Assembly (NCBI GenBank): GCA_963792585.1
Contig: CAWBWI010000003.1
Location: 832,001 to 896,000 of the forward strand
Direction: 5' to 3'
Source: Candidatus Eiseniibacteriota bacterium
GTDB lineage: Bacteria; Eisenbacteria; RBG-16-71-46; CAIMUX01; VGJL01
Length of the DNA: 64,000 nucleotides
Under the pieces are notes generated by a model. That model made no database searches. It had not been told where the DNA came from and saw nothing but the letters and a program-made list of their open reading frames with translations. Each line of letters begins with the position of its first letter. The first letter of the stretch is position 1. A program made the position numbers and the translations under genes. Shown here piece by piece: positions 29,783-39,988 of the stretch.

Positions 29783-29975
29783 CCCCCATCCCCACAAGGC
29801 CCAATCGAAGGGGCCGCTTTCGGTATTAGTTAGAATCGCTTCTGTTTCCAGAAAGAGTAAGGATCGCTTCACCGGTCGTCAAGGCGGTACTTGCCGGGGA
29901 CGGGGGCCGCCCAGATGCCGGCAGTGCCGTAGAGGACGAACCCCCCGGGAGAATCTGCGCCATTCTCCGGTACCT

Positions 29976-31586
29976 CTATCCCAGATCGAAGGGACTCCCC
30001 TGCCCTGTCCTGCCGGTCGCGACGACCCGGATCGCCGCCGCCCCGTCCACCGGGCACCGGAACTCGCAGATGCCGCACCCAACGCAGCGATGCGGATCGA
30101 TGAGCGGCCGGCGGAGATGGCGGGTCGAGCCGTCGAGACCGCGCGCCTCCACGTCCTCGAGGACGATCGCCTTGGGCGAGGTCGGGCAATGCTCTTCGCA
30201 GACGATGCAGGGCGTCGCGTATGCATAGGGAAGACACCGTCCCGGATCGACGTAGGCAAGCCCGATGACCGTCGTCTCTTTCTCCCCGGCCTGGAGACGG
30301 AGGATCGCACCGGTGGGACAAACCTGTCCGCAGAGCGTGCAGTGGTACTCGCAGTACCCGTGGCGGGCGCGCAACACCGGTGTCCAGAGCCCCGCGGGAC
30401 CGGCTTCGAGGGCCGCGGGGTGGAGTCCGTTGCCGGGGCAGACCTTCATGCACTCGCCGCAGCGTACGCACCGATCGAGGAACTCCTCTTCGGTCCCGGC
30501 GCCGGGCGGACGGATCAAGGTATCGGGAGGGACAGCCCTCGCCGGTGAGATCCTTCCGATCGGCCCGGAGACGAGACCGAGCCCGAACGCGAGCAGAACG
30601 CGGCGCCGGCCGGGACTGAGCGGGGCACTCGCGTGCGCTTCCGACGGACGCGTCGTGGAAGCCCTTCGTGATCGACCCCACCGCCGCGCGATCCGCGGGA
30701 CGGTGAAGCCGAAGGAGAGTCCAACGCCCTTCTGCCGGCAGCTCGCCGTGCAATTGCCGCACACGAAGCACTCCGACGGTCTCCAGCCGTTCGTCATGTT
30801 GGGATCGGCTGCGCCCTGGCAGTGGAAGGTGCAGACCGCGCACCCGGTGCAGACCGACTCCTGCTGCTTGAGGGCGAGCGATCCGGCCTGCGCGACGGCG
30901 CCAAGCAGTCCGCCGAGCGGGCAGAGGACGCGGCACCAGAAGCGGCGCCGGACCCAGGAGAGCGCGAGCAATGCCAGAAGGACGGTTGCGAGCAGCGCGC
31001 CCTGCTCGAAGCGGGGGGCGCGCGGCGCGAAGAAGGCGTCGCGCAAAGCCCCGTAGACCGGTTCGGTGACGGGCGCGAGCGGGCCGCCCGCAGCCGCGGC
31101 GGCGCCGGCGCGCACGAGCGCCTCGATCGGCGGGCCGAATCCGACCGCGAGGGATCGGATCAAGAGCGAGATCGGATCCAGGATGCCCGTCCAGAGCGCC
31201 CCCGTCGCGGCCCCGCCGAGCACGAAGACGAGGATGAGGTACTTCCAGCGTTGCGAAGGCCTCCATCGATCGGCGGTCCGCTCGTCGCGGCGGTCGTGAT
31301 GGAGCCGCCCCGAGATCTGCGAGAGGGTTCCGAGCGGGCAGACCCAGCCGCAGAAGAACCGGCCGAGGACGAAGGTCGCTACAAGGGTGACGAGCGACAG
31401 TCCCATCAACCCGTGGAGGGCATGGGTGCGCAGCCAGGTCGTGATGCCGATCAGCGGGTCGATCTCGAGGAAGATGCGGACGGGGGAACCGAGTTGGTCC
31501 TGTCCGATGCCGACCGTGCGTCCGAGGAGATAGAAGAAGAGCGCGAGGCAAACGAGCTGGACGATGATCCTGGTTCTGCGGAGCAT
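29976..31586 (-). CDS. Membrane polyferredoxin, NapH/MauN-like + NapG/MauM-like fusion
   Basis: GRFFCGWVCP and RFWCRVLCP motifs, TM helices, six ferredoxin-type Cys clusters, 'IRPPGA..EEEFLDRCVRCGEC'. Confidence 0.9.
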   Translation of the reverse strand: MLRRTRIIVQLVCLALFFYLLGRTVGIGQDQLGSPVRIFLEIDPLIGITTWLRTHALHGLMGLSLVTLVATFVLGRFFCGWVCPLGTLSQISGRLHHDRRDERTADRWRPSQRWKYLILVFVLGGAATGALWTGILDPISLLIRSLAVGFGPPIEALVRAGAAAAAGGPLAPVTEPVYGALRDAFFAPRAPRFEQGALLATVLLALLALSWVRRRFWCRVLCPLGGLLGAVAQAGSLALKQQESVCTGCAVCTFHCQGAADPNMTNGWRPSECFVCGNCTASCRQKGVGLSFGFTVPRIARRWGRSRRASTTRPSEAHASAPLSPGRRRVLLAFGLGLVSGPIGRISPARAVPPDTLIRPPGAGTEEEFLDRCVRCGECMKVCPGNGLHPAALEAGPAGLWTPVLRARHGYCEYHCTLCGQVCPTGAILRLQAGEKETTVIGLAYVDPGRCLPYAYATPCIVCEEHCPTSPKAIVLEDVEARGLDGSTRHLRRPLIDPHRCVGCGICEFRCPVDGAAAIRVVATGRTGQGSPFDLG

Positions 31587-31587
31587 C

Positions 31588-32502
31588 TCAGCTTCCCGGC
31601 ACCTCGACGCTTCGTTCCTCCATGGGCGTCCAGGTCGAGCGACCCAGACCCCGCTCCACCGCCATCGCGATGTGGGGAGCATCCTCCACCGAGCGTTCGA
31701 GGAATCTGATTGCCCTCGCCTCGGCGGCGACCATGTCGGCGGAAGCGACCACGGTGTCGAGGCGGAGCACGTCGTCGAGGCTCCCCCCTTGGGGTCCCCC
31801 CCTCGTCAGGACCCGGACCCCGTCGATGAGCGTCAGTTGAGGCTTGAAGAAGGCCGCGAGGTCCACGACCGAATTGCCGATCTCCTGATGCAGCCGATTC
31901 CGCGGTCCCCCGATCGCGCCGAGCCAGTTCTTCATGCCGAGCGTGATCCCGGAAAGGCCATGGTGCTTCGCGATCGGAACGTTGATCAACACATCCCGCT
32001 CCGTGAAGGCGGGATGGACGAGCCACTCGTGAATCCTGTCTCCGCCGATCTGCATTTTCTTCGTCCGATCTTCCTCGAAGAAGTCGACGCGGCCGCCCGC
32101 GGCCTTCACCGCGTCGGCGATCCCGGAGCGGGCGTAGCAACGGCGGGGATCGTTGCAGGGATTGTCGAGCACGAGCACCGACTTCGCGCCCGCCTCGACG
32201 CACATCCGCACGATCGTCCCGACCACCTCGGGGTTCGTCGTCGCGGCCTGCTCCGGAGTGCGATCCCATCCGATGTTGGGCTTCACGACGACGCGGTCCC
32301 CGCGCGTGACGAAGGCGGCGATGCCGCCGAGCGCATCGATCGCGGCGCGGGTGATTGCGGCGGGTGAGGGACCGTGCGCGACAGCGAGAAGGGGGCGGGC
32401 GGCATCGGCGGCGATCGCCGGTGCGGCGAATCGAGCGAATGGCAGAAGCGTTCCGGCCGCAATGCTCTCGTAACCAATCTGCAGAAACCTGCGGCGTTTC
32501 AT
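31588..32502 (-). CDS. Tat-exported DUF362 protein
   Basis: MKRRRFL twin-Arg signal; 'GDRVVVKPNIGWD..PEQAATTNPEVV', 'INVPIAKHH..ITLGMKNW.G'. Confidence 0.88.
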   Translation of the reverse strand: MKRRRFLQIGYESIAAGTLLPFARFAAPAIAADAARPLLAVAHGPSPAAITRAAIDALGGIAAFVTRGDRVVVKPNIGWDRTPEQAATTNPEVVGTIVRMCVEAGAKSVLVLDNPCNDPRRCYARSGIADAVKAAGGRVDFFEEDRTKKMQIGGDRIHEWLVHPAFTERDVLINVPIAKHHGLSGITLGMKNWLGAIGGPRNRLHQEIGNSVVDLAAFFKPQLTLIDGVRVLTRGGPQGGSLDDVLRLDTVVASADMVAAEARAIRFLERSVEDAPHIAMAVERGLGRSTWTPMEERSVEVPGS

Positions 32503-32528
32503 GATCACCCCCTACCCAACCCGCGTCA

Positions 32529-32558
32529 ACGTTACCCGCCTGCATCGTGGAGTGTCAA
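32529..32558 (-). promoter_or_regulatory. sigma70-type promoter for the DUF362/ferredoxin operon
   Basis: TTGACA-N18-TAACGT on the minus strand. Confidence 0.55.
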
Positions 32559-32564
32559 CGAGAG

Positions 32565-32593
32565 TTGACCACCGCCTCCGCCCTCCCTAGGAT
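32565..32593 (+). promoter_or_regulatory. sigma70-type promoter for the APC transporter
   Basis: TTGACC-N17-TAGGAT. Confidence 0.55.
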
Positions 32594-32614
32594 CCGATCG
32601 TTCCCGGAGGGCCT

Positions 32615-34492
32615 TTGGAAAAAGAGACCGGCGTCCCACCATCTTCCCAGAACGGCACGCGAAGCACCGGCCACAGCGTCATGCAGATCGGTTGGCTGCT
32701 CGCCTGGGCGGTTGTCTTCTGCGACATCGGGACCAGCGTCTACTACACGCCGGGTATCCTCTATCACCATGTCGGCAATCTCGCCCCTTATTTCGTCCTC
32801 CTGACGACCGTCGGCTTTCTATTCCTGTCGCAGAAGTACGCGGAGGTCTCCTGGCGCAATCCTGAGGGGGGCGGTGTCGTCACGGTCGCGAAGAAGGCCT
32901 TCGGGAGCTGGTGGGGGGCCTTCGGCGGAATCCTGATCACGATCGATTACTTCCTGACGTCCGCGATCTCCTCGGTCTCCGGTTTCGCCTACCTGGCTTC
33001 GATCTTTCCGAACCTCCTTCCCCATGTCGCCATGCTCGCGTGCGCCGGGATCGCCCTGCTGTGCCTGCTGAACATCATCGGGATCCGGGAGAGCGCGACC
33101 GTCGCCCTGGGGTTCGCGGCCGCCTCGTTGGTGGCGAATCTCGCGGTCATCATCGTGGCGATCGCCGGGTTCCATACGGGCAACCTTCGCGTCTTGCAGG
33201 AGGCGGCGGGGCAGTTCAAGGCGCTGCCGCTCCGCTATGTAATGATCGGCTTCGCGGGGTCGTGGCTGGCGTTTTCGGGGCTCGAGAGCATCAGCCAGCT
33301 CTCGCCGGCGTTGAAGCTCCCGACCAGGAAGACCGTCCGGTACGCGATGTTCGCCGTGGTCGGGACGATTCTCGTGACTGCGCCCACCCTGACGGCGCTC
33401 TCGATTGCGGTCATTCCGGAATCGATGAAGGCGACCCGGACCGACAGCTTCATTTCCGATCTCGCGCTGACGACGTCGGGGCCGTGGCTTCAGATCTATG
33501 TCGTCGCGGCGGCCTCCGCCCTGCTCCTCTTCGCCGCGAACACGGCCATGATCGGGGGATATCACGTCTTCCTCGCGCTCTCCCGCGACCGTTTCTTCCC
33601 GCGCATCCTCGCGAAGCGGAACGCTCGATTCTCGACGCCGCATTGGGCGATTCTCATCACAACCGCCGTTCCACTCATCACGATCCTTCTGACCCGGGGC
33701 AAGCTGACCCTCCTGGGTGACATGTACTCGTTCGGGCTGCTCGGAGCGTTCACCTTCACCTCGCTCGGACTCGACGTCATCCGGTGGCGCGAGGGGAGCC
33801 GGAGCACCCTCTTCTGGATCGGGCTGGTGACGACGTTGATGGTCAGCGGATCGTGGGCGGTGAACATGGTCGAAAAGCCGCTGGCGACCATCTACGGGGG
33901 AACCCTCGCCGTACTCGGCTTGGGCTGGGCCCTGGCGGTCAGGCGGGAGTGGATCATCCACGCGATCAACCGGATCCCGTTCATCGCCAAGCGGGCTTTC
34001 GTCGTCCGCGCGAGGACCGAGTACGCCGTCGAGGAGGAGCAGGAGATCATCACGGTCGCCTCCGCCGTCGCGATGCGATCGCTCTATCCCTCCACGACGC
34101 TTGTCGCCGTATTGGGGTACAACCGCAAGCTGATGGAGGAGGCGATCCTCAGGGCGAAGGGCGAAGACGAACACGCTCTCTATCTGATCTCGGTCACCGA
34201 GTGGCCGGGGCTCTTCTCCGGCGCGGACCAGCGCCCGTCGCCGGAGGTCGTCCAGTCGATGAACCAGATGGGCCAGGACGCCGCGAAAGAGGGTGTCTTC
34301 GTGATCCCGATCTGGGCGATCAGCGACGACGCTTCGCGAACGATCTCCGAGGCGGCCCTCGCGCTTGGCTGCACTGCGGTGATGCTGGGCGTGACCCAGC
34401 GCAGCGCGATCTACCACATGCTGCGCGGCAACGTGCTGCGCGGTCTGACCCGAAGGCTCCCCGAGAACTTCAAGATCATCACGGTCGGCTGA
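32615..34492 (+). CDS. APC-superfamily permease with C-terminal Usp-like domain (KimA-like K+ or amino-acid transporter)
   Basis: ~12 TM helices; DIGTSVYY, PEGGG, DYFLTSAIS, FSGLESISQ; cytoplasmic tail ending 'MLGVTQRS..LRGNVLRGL'; start uncertain. Confidence 0.85.
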   Translation: MEKETGVPPSSQNGTRSTGHSVMQIGWLLAWAVVFCDIGTSVYYTPGILYHHVGNLAPYFVLLTTVGFLFLSQKYAEVSWRNPEGGGVVTVAKKAFGSWWGAFGGILITIDYFLTSAISSVSGFAYLASIFPNLLPHVAMLACAGIALLCLLNIIGIRESATVALGFAAASLVANLAVIIVAIAGFHTGNLRVLQEAAGQFKALPLRYVMIGFAGSWLAFSGLESISQLSPALKLPTRKTVRYAMFAVVGTILVTAPTLTALSIAVIPESMKATRTDSFISDLALTTSGPWLQIYVVAAASALLLFAANTAMIGGYHVFLALSRDRFFPRILAKRNARFSTPHWAILITTAVPLITILLTRGKLTLLGDMYSFGLLGAFTFTSLGLDVIRWREGSRSTLFWIGLVTTLMVSGSWAVNMVEKPLATIYGGTLAVLGLGWALAVRREWIIHAINRIPFIAKRAFVVRARTEYAVEEEQEIITVASAVAMRSLYPSTTLVAVLGYNRKLMEEAILRAKGEDEHALYLISVTEWPGLFSGADQRPSPEVVQSMNQMGQDAAKEGVFVIPIWAISDDASRTISEAALALGCTAVMLGVTQRSAIYHMLRGNVLRGLTRRLPENFKIITVG

Positions 34493-34510
34493 GACGCTGA
34501 GGAGTCGAGG

Positions 34511-34539
34511 CAGCGCGGCGGGACCGGCCCGCCGCGCTG
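34511..34539. terminator. Hairpin between the convergent permease and cysK genes
   Basis: cagcgcggcggg-accgg-cccgccgcgctg, 12-bp perfect stem. Confidence 0.6.
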
Positions 34540-34550
34540 TCACCCCCGGC

Positions 34551-35529
34551 CTATATGTGAGGGTTTTCGATGGGTGTATCCGGGAAGTCGTAGAGCGGCG
34601 TGGAGAGATATCGCTCGCCATGGCTCGCGAGGACCGCAACGATCAGCTTTCCCGCGTTCTCCGGCCGGGCCGCGACCTTGTACGCCGCCTGCGCGACCGC
34701 GCCGCTCGATATCCCGACCATGAGGCCGTCCTCGCGGCAGAGCCGACGCGCGGCATCGAATGCCTCGTCGTTCGTGACCTGAACGACCTCGTCGAGGATC
34801 TCGAGGTTCAGGACTTCGGGGATGAAGCCGGCGCCGATTCCCTGGATCTTGTGAGGACCCGGGACCAACTCCTGCCCGGCCATCTTCTGGCTGATGACGG
34901 GGGAGTGCGACGGGCTCGACGGCGATCGACCTTCACCGACGGCTTCTTCTCCTTGAGGACCTCGCCGCAGCCTGTGATCGTGCCGCCCGTGCCGACGCCG
35001 GCGACGAAGATGTCGATCTTGCCGTCGGTGTCGTCCCAGATCTCGACCGCGGTCGTCTTGCGGTGGATCGCGGGGTTCGCCGGGTTGACGAACTGGCCGA
35101 TGATGATCGAGTTCGGCGTCTGCGTCTTCGAGCTCCTCCGCCTTGGCGATCGCGCCCTTCATTCCCTTCGGCCCCTCGGTGAGCACGACCGTCGCGCCGA
35201 GGGCCGCGAGGATCTTCCGGCGCTCGATCGACATCGTCTCGGGCATCGTGAGGATGAGCGGGATCCGCTTCGCGGCGCAGATGAAGGCGAGCCCGATCCC
35301 GGTGTTGCCGGAGGTCGGCTCGATCACCGTCGTGCCGGGCCGGATGACTCCCCGGTCGATGGCGTCCTGGACCATCGAGAAGCCGATCCGATCCTTCACG
35401 CTCGACATCGGGTTGAACGACTCGAGCTTGAAGACGACGATCGGCCTTCAGGTCCCTCGAGAAGTACGGTGTGCGGACGAGCGGGGTGCGTCCGATCGTG
35501 TCGATGATGGAGTCATATATCCTGGCCAT
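34551..35529 (-). CDS. cysK: Cysteine synthase A (about three frameshifts in this assembly)
   Basis: [15 protein letters not shown] (PLP Lys), [36 protein letters not shown] spread over shifted frames. Confidence 0.92.
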
Positions 35530-35638
35530 GACAGGTCTCCTTCCGGACGGTTTCTGGAATACGTTTCAACGCGGGACGCTTCGTCCCGGGGTGCCATCAT
35601 CCATCGATGAGTCTGTCGATCTTCGTTGAGGCTGAGCC

Positions 35639-36583
35639 TCAACAGCGCGCGCTGCCGGTCGGCTCGGGGCCCGGCTCGATACGCTGCTCCGAGGGGGTCG
35701 TGACGACCTTGCTCCCCGGAGGAATCGAGTGGGTGACCCAGGTGTTGCCGCCGATCACCGAGCCGCGGCCGATCACGGTGTCGCCGCCCAGGATGGTCGC
35801 GCCCGCATAGATGACCACTTCGTCCTCGATCGTCGGGTGGCGCTTCGTGCCGCGGATCAGGTCGGCCCCGCTCGTCCTTCGGGAAGGAGAGTGCCCCCAG
35901 GGTCACGCCCTGGTAGATCTTCACGTTCGCGCCGATGTCGGTCGTCTCGCCGATCACGACCCCGGTGCCGTGGTCGATGAAGAAGCTCTCACCGATCCGG
36001 GCGCCCGGGTGGATGTCGACACCGGTCTTGCGGTGCGCCCACTCGCGTCATGATCCGGGGGATCAGCGGGACGTCGAGGACGTTCAGGATGTGGGCGATC
36101 CGGTAGACCGTGATCGCCTCGAGGCCCGGGTAGGCGAGGACGATCTCGGCGAAGTTCTTCGCCGCGGGGTCGCCGTCGATAGGCGGCCTGGACGTCGAGC
36201 GACAGCAGGCGGCGCACCTCGGGCAGTTCGGCCACGAAGGCGTCGACGATGCGGTCGGTGAATTCGACACAGTGGTTGCACGGATCGTCGGCCGGGCACT
36301 CGCTGCGGATGGCGAGGTAGATCTGCTCGTCCAGCTCGTCGGCGATGTCGTCCAGCAGCGCCCCGATGTGGTAGGCGACGTTGTCGTGTGTCAGATGCTG
36401 GTTGCCGAAGAATCCCGGATAGACGACGTCGAAGATCTTCTCGATCAGCGCGACCGTGCGCTCCTGCGAGGGAAGTCGCCGGCTCTGGTCGAGGTTGTGC
36501 GCGTGCGGCAGATCGTCGCTGTAGGTGTCGACGAGGCGCCGCGTGTATTCGGCGAGCCGGTCCTGGATCGGACGCTTCTTCAT
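35639..36583 (-). CDS. cysE: Serine O-acetyltransferase, EpsC-type (about three frameshifts)
   Basis: [62 protein letters not shown] across frames. Confidence 0.88.
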
Positions 36584-37227
36584 TGGAGGAAGGGGTTCGT
36601 CCGGCGCTCGTGGCCGATCGTGGTCATGGGGCCGTGGCCGGGCACGACCACCGTTTCGTCGGGGAACGCCATCAGCCGCTGCTGGATCGAGCGAAGGATC
36701 GCATCCATGTCGCCTCCCCAGAGGTCCGTTCGCCCGATGCTGCCCAGGAACAGCGTGTCGCCCGCGAAGAGGCGCGACTCCTCCTCGTGCGTTCCGCTGT
36801 TGGGCACGCTCAGGCAAAGACTGCCCGGAGTGTGCCCGGGCGTGTGGAGAATCTCTCCGCGGACCCGCCCGATGAGCATCTCCTCACCATCGGTGACGTG
36901 GCGGTCGACGGGGAGGGTGCTGGGAACCGGGAATCCGAACATCCGCGCCTGCATCTCCACCATGTCGTAGAGGAACTGGTCTTCCTGGTGCAGGAGGACG
37001 CGGGCGCCCGTTGCAGCGGCGATCCTCTCGGTCGCACCGACGTGATCGAGATGGGCATGCGTGTGGAGGAGCGCCTCGCAGGTCAGGTCGAGCCGCTGAA
37101 GCGCGCTCAGGATCAATTGAGGATCGTCTCCCGGGTCGATCACGAGGGCACGCCGGGTCTCCTCGCACCCAAGCACGGTGCAGTTGCATTGGAGGACGCC
37201 GACGGGGAAAGTCTCTATGATCATCAT
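36580..37227 (-). CDS. MBL-fold metallo-hydrolase (glyoxalase II/YcbL-like)
   Basis: THAHLDH, HTPGHTPGS, GDTLF, PGHG; ATGA overlap with cysE. Confidence 0.92.
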   Translation of the reverse strand: MMIIETFPVGVLQCNCTVLGCEETRRALVIDPGDDPQLILSALQRLDLTCEALLHTHAHLDHVGATERIAAATGARVLLHQEDQFLYDMVEMQARMFGFPVPSTLPVDRHVTDGEEMLIGRVRGEILHTPGHTPGSLCLSVPNSGTHEEESRLFAGDTLFLGSIGRTDLWGGDMDAILRSIQQRLMAFPDETVVVPGHGPMTTIGHERRTNPFLQ

Positions 37228-37296
37228 TCGGTTCCGGAATCGGTTGAACGAACGGATTACGTTAGCAGAAAGGTTCCGCAGCGAGCAACGGAGGTT

Positions 37297-38886
37297 ATGG
37301 TGCTCGAACGTCCACCCATCTACGCGCCCCGGGTCGCGGCGGCCACATCGCACGCTCTCGCGACCCAAACGGCGCTGGAACTGCTGCGACAGGGCGGATC
37401 TGCGGCCGATGCGGCCGTCGGCGCCGGGGCGGTTCTGACGGTGGTCGAACCGTGGGCGAGTCATCTCGGGGGCGACGCGTTCGCGATCGTCTGGGATGCG
37501 GCCGAGAGGAAGGCCCGCGCGATCCAGGGGAGTGGGGAGGCGCCGCGCGGCATCTCCGTGGGGCTGATCCAGGCGGCCGGCAAGATCCCGCTGCGCGGGG
37601 CGATGCCGGTCACCGTACCCGGGATGGTGGGGGCATGGTTTCATCTGCTCGCCTCGCGGGGGCGACTCTCCCCGACGCAGGTTTTCGCCCCCGCAATCGC
37701 CTTGGCGGCCGACGGCTTCCCCGTCGGTGGGCGGTGGGAGAAGGTCTTCCGCCTGCAGCGCGAAGTGGTGCGCGGCGATCCCGCGCTCGCCGGACTGGAG
37801 GTGACCGCCGGTACGCGCGTGCGGCAGCCTGACCTGGCCGCCTCGATGCGCCGCCTCGCCGACGAAGGGGCCGACGCCTTCTATCGCGGCGCCCTCGCCG
37901 CCCGGATCGCAGAAGAAGTCAACGCGCGCGGCGGCGTGCTCGGCCTCGATGATCTGCGACGTCACGAGACCGAGGAGGTCGAGCCGCTGGCAACGGAGCT
38001 CGAAAGCTGCTGCCTCCTCGAGCAGCCGCCACCCTCGCAGGGAGGGATGGTGCTCGCGATGCTCCTTGCCCTCGAGGAGGCCGATGTCCGCGGCTGGAGG
38101 ATCGAGGGGACCGACGCGCGCGCCTTGGCGCGGGAGATCCACCTGCAGGTGGAGGCCTATCGCCGCGTCCGCGCGGACCGCGACCGTCACCTGTGTGATC
38201 CGCGTTTCGGGGGCGCGCCCCTCGATCGGATGCTGGAGCGCTGGACTGCGCGGGAGCCGGCCGCCGGGCTCCTCGACGGAATCGACCTGCACAAGACGAC
38301 TGCATTGGCGCCACCGGCCGCGATCGAGGACGTTCGCGACACGACATATCTCTGCGTCGTCGACGCGAGCGGGAACGCCGTCAGCTGGATCCAGTCGATC
38401 TTCCATCCGTTCGGCGCCGGTTTCGTCGTGCCGGGCACCGGGATCCTCTTGAACAACCGCCTCAACGGCTTCTCACTCGATCCTTCCTCACCGAACGTCA
38501 TGGCGCCGGGCAAGCGGACCGTGCACACGCTCAACGCCTGGATGGCGCTGCGCGACGGCCGACCCTGGCTGATCGGCGGGACGCCGGGGGCGGAACGGCA
38601 GATCCAGACGAACGTCCAGGTCCTGCGCGCGCGCGTTGCGCGGAACCTCCCGCTCGCGGAAGCGTTGCGGATGCCGCGGTGGGGACTCGACGAGCAGGAC
38701 CGGATCGCGATCGAGGGTCGCATCCCCCGGGAGGCGCGCCGCCGGCTCGAGCGGTACGGACACCGGGTCGTCCGCGTGGGCCCCTGGGACGGCAGCGGGT
38801 ACGTTCAAGCGATCGAGCGGCTGGAAGACGGCGGCTGGATGGCCTGCACCGATCCGCGTGGGGAGGGGCTGGCCGCGGGGTTCTAG
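37297..38886 (+). CDS. ggt: Gamma-glutamyltransferase family protein
   Basis: GGSAADAAV, LGGDAF, VTVPG, catalytic DTTYLCVVD, FGAG, LNNR, GTPGA, DPRGEG; GGAGG RBS. Confidence 0.92.
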   Translation: MVLERPPIYAPRVAAATSHALATQTALELLRQGGSAADAAVGAGAVLTVVEPWASHLGGDAFAIVWDAAERKARAIQGSGEAPRGISVGLIQAAGKIPLRGAMPVTVPGMVGAWFHLLASRGRLSPTQVFAPAIALAADGFPVGGRWEKVFRLQREVVRGDPALAGLEVTAGTRVRQPDLAASMRRLADEGADAFYRGALAARIAEEVNARGGVLGLDDLRRHETEEVEPLATELESCCLLEQPPPSQGGMVLAMLLALEEADVRGWRIEGTDARALAREIHLQVEAYRRVRADRDRHLCDPRFGGAPLDRMLERWTAREPAAGLLDGIDLHKTTALAPPAAIEDVRDTTYLCVVDASGNAVSWIQSIFHPFGAGFVVPGTGILLNNRLNGFSLDPSSPNVMAPGKRTVHTLNAWMALRDGRPWLIGGTPGAERQIQTNVQVLRARVARNLPLAEALRMPRWGLDEQDRIAIEGRIPREARRRLERYGHRVVRVGPWDGSGYVQAIERLEDGGWMACTDPRGEGLAAGF

Positions 38887-39003
38887 ACGGCGGGTCCGCT
38901 GCGGGAAGCGCCCACGGCGCGTCTGCGCAAAAAACCCCAAGCGCTCGCGTACGGGCGTTCGCTTCCCATCAGGCGTCGGATGGTGGATCGATCTCTTCCG
39001 CCC

Positions 39004-39030
39004 TCAAGTGCCGATGCCCGCTTCCGATAC
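39004..39030 (+). promoter_or_regulatory. sigma28 (FliA) promoter upstream of motA
   Basis: TCAAG-N14-TCCGATAC, matching TCAAG-N14-GCCGATA. Confidence 0.65.
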
Positions 39031-39088
39031 TCCCTTCAAGCGGCGCCGGGGACTGCCCGGTGGCGATGCGTCGGCTTGGGGAGCGTGA

Positions 39089-39988
39089 ATGTTTACCCTG
39101 ATTGGTGTTGCCGTGGTGGTCGGGTCCGTGCTCGGCGGTTTCATGATCGCCGGTGGCAAGATCATGGCCCTCGTGCAGATCTCCGAGTTCATCGTGGTCG
39201 GCGGGACGGCGCTCGGCACGATTCTCATCTCGACCCCGCTTCCCGTCATCAAGGCGCTCGCAAGGGACATTCCAAGGATCCTCAAGCCGAGTCCGTTCAG
39301 CGGCACGCTGTACCTCGAGTCGCTCAAGATGCTCTTCGAGCTGTTCCAGATGGCACAACGAGACGGACTCGTCGCGATCGAATCGCACATCGAGTCGCCG
39401 GACAAGAGTTCCCTCTTCAAGAAGTACCCGATGGTTGTCGCGCAACACCACGCCATGACTTTCCTATGCGATTCCCTTCGTCTCGTTCTGATGGGGAGCG
39501 TGCCCCCCCACGACCTCGAGATGCTCTTGGACACCGAGATCGACGTCCACCACGAGCAGGAAGCCAAGTCGGCGACCGTGCTCTCGAAGGTCAGCGACTC
39601 GCTTCCGGGAATCGGGATCGTTGCCGCCGTCCTCGGCGTCGTCGTGACGATGGCGGCGATCAGCGGCCCGGTCGAGAAGGTAGGCGAGCACGTGGCCGCC
39701 GCGCTCACCGGCACTTTCCTCGGCGTCCTCCTGGCGTACGGTTTCGTCGGCCCGCTCGGCACCGCCCTCGAGCACATCCAGGCCTCCGAGACCCGCTACT
39801 ACCACTTCATCAAGGCCAGCGTTGTCGCGGTCGCGAAGGGGTCGACGCCGATCGTGTCGGTCGAGTTCGCAAGACGCGCCATCACCAGCGAGGTCCGGCC
39901 CACCTTCGGGGAAATGGAAGAAGCCTGCAAGCGCCTGAAGCAGAAGCCGGGTGCGGCCGGGAAGCAGAATGACCAACAAGCGGCGTGA
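39089..39988 (+). CDS. motA: Flagellar stator protein MotA
   Basis: LPGIGIVAAVLGVV, AALTGTFLGVLLAYG, VEFARR. Confidence 0.96.
   Translation: MFTLIGVAVVVGSVLGGFMIAGGKIMALVQISEFIVVGGTALGTILISTPLPVIKALARDIPRILKPSPFSGTLYLESLKMLFELFQMAQRDGLVAIESHIESPDKSSLFKKYPMVVAQHHAMTFLCDSLRLVLMGSVPPHDLEMLLDTEIDVHHEQEAKSATVLSKVSDSLPGIGIVAAVLGVVVTMAAISGPVEKVGEHVAAALTGTFLGVLLAYGFVGPLGTALEHIQASETRYYHFIKASVVAVAKGSTPIVSVEFARRAITSEVRPTFGEMEEACKRLKQKPGAAGKQNDQQAA

Noticed and set aside
36388..38406. Long N-terminal extensions of ggt (from 36388) and the MBL hydrolase (from 38406) suggesting overlapping genes
   Set aside because: Homology begins at 37297 (with a GGAGG RBS) and at 37227; the extensions are stop-free antisense read-through.
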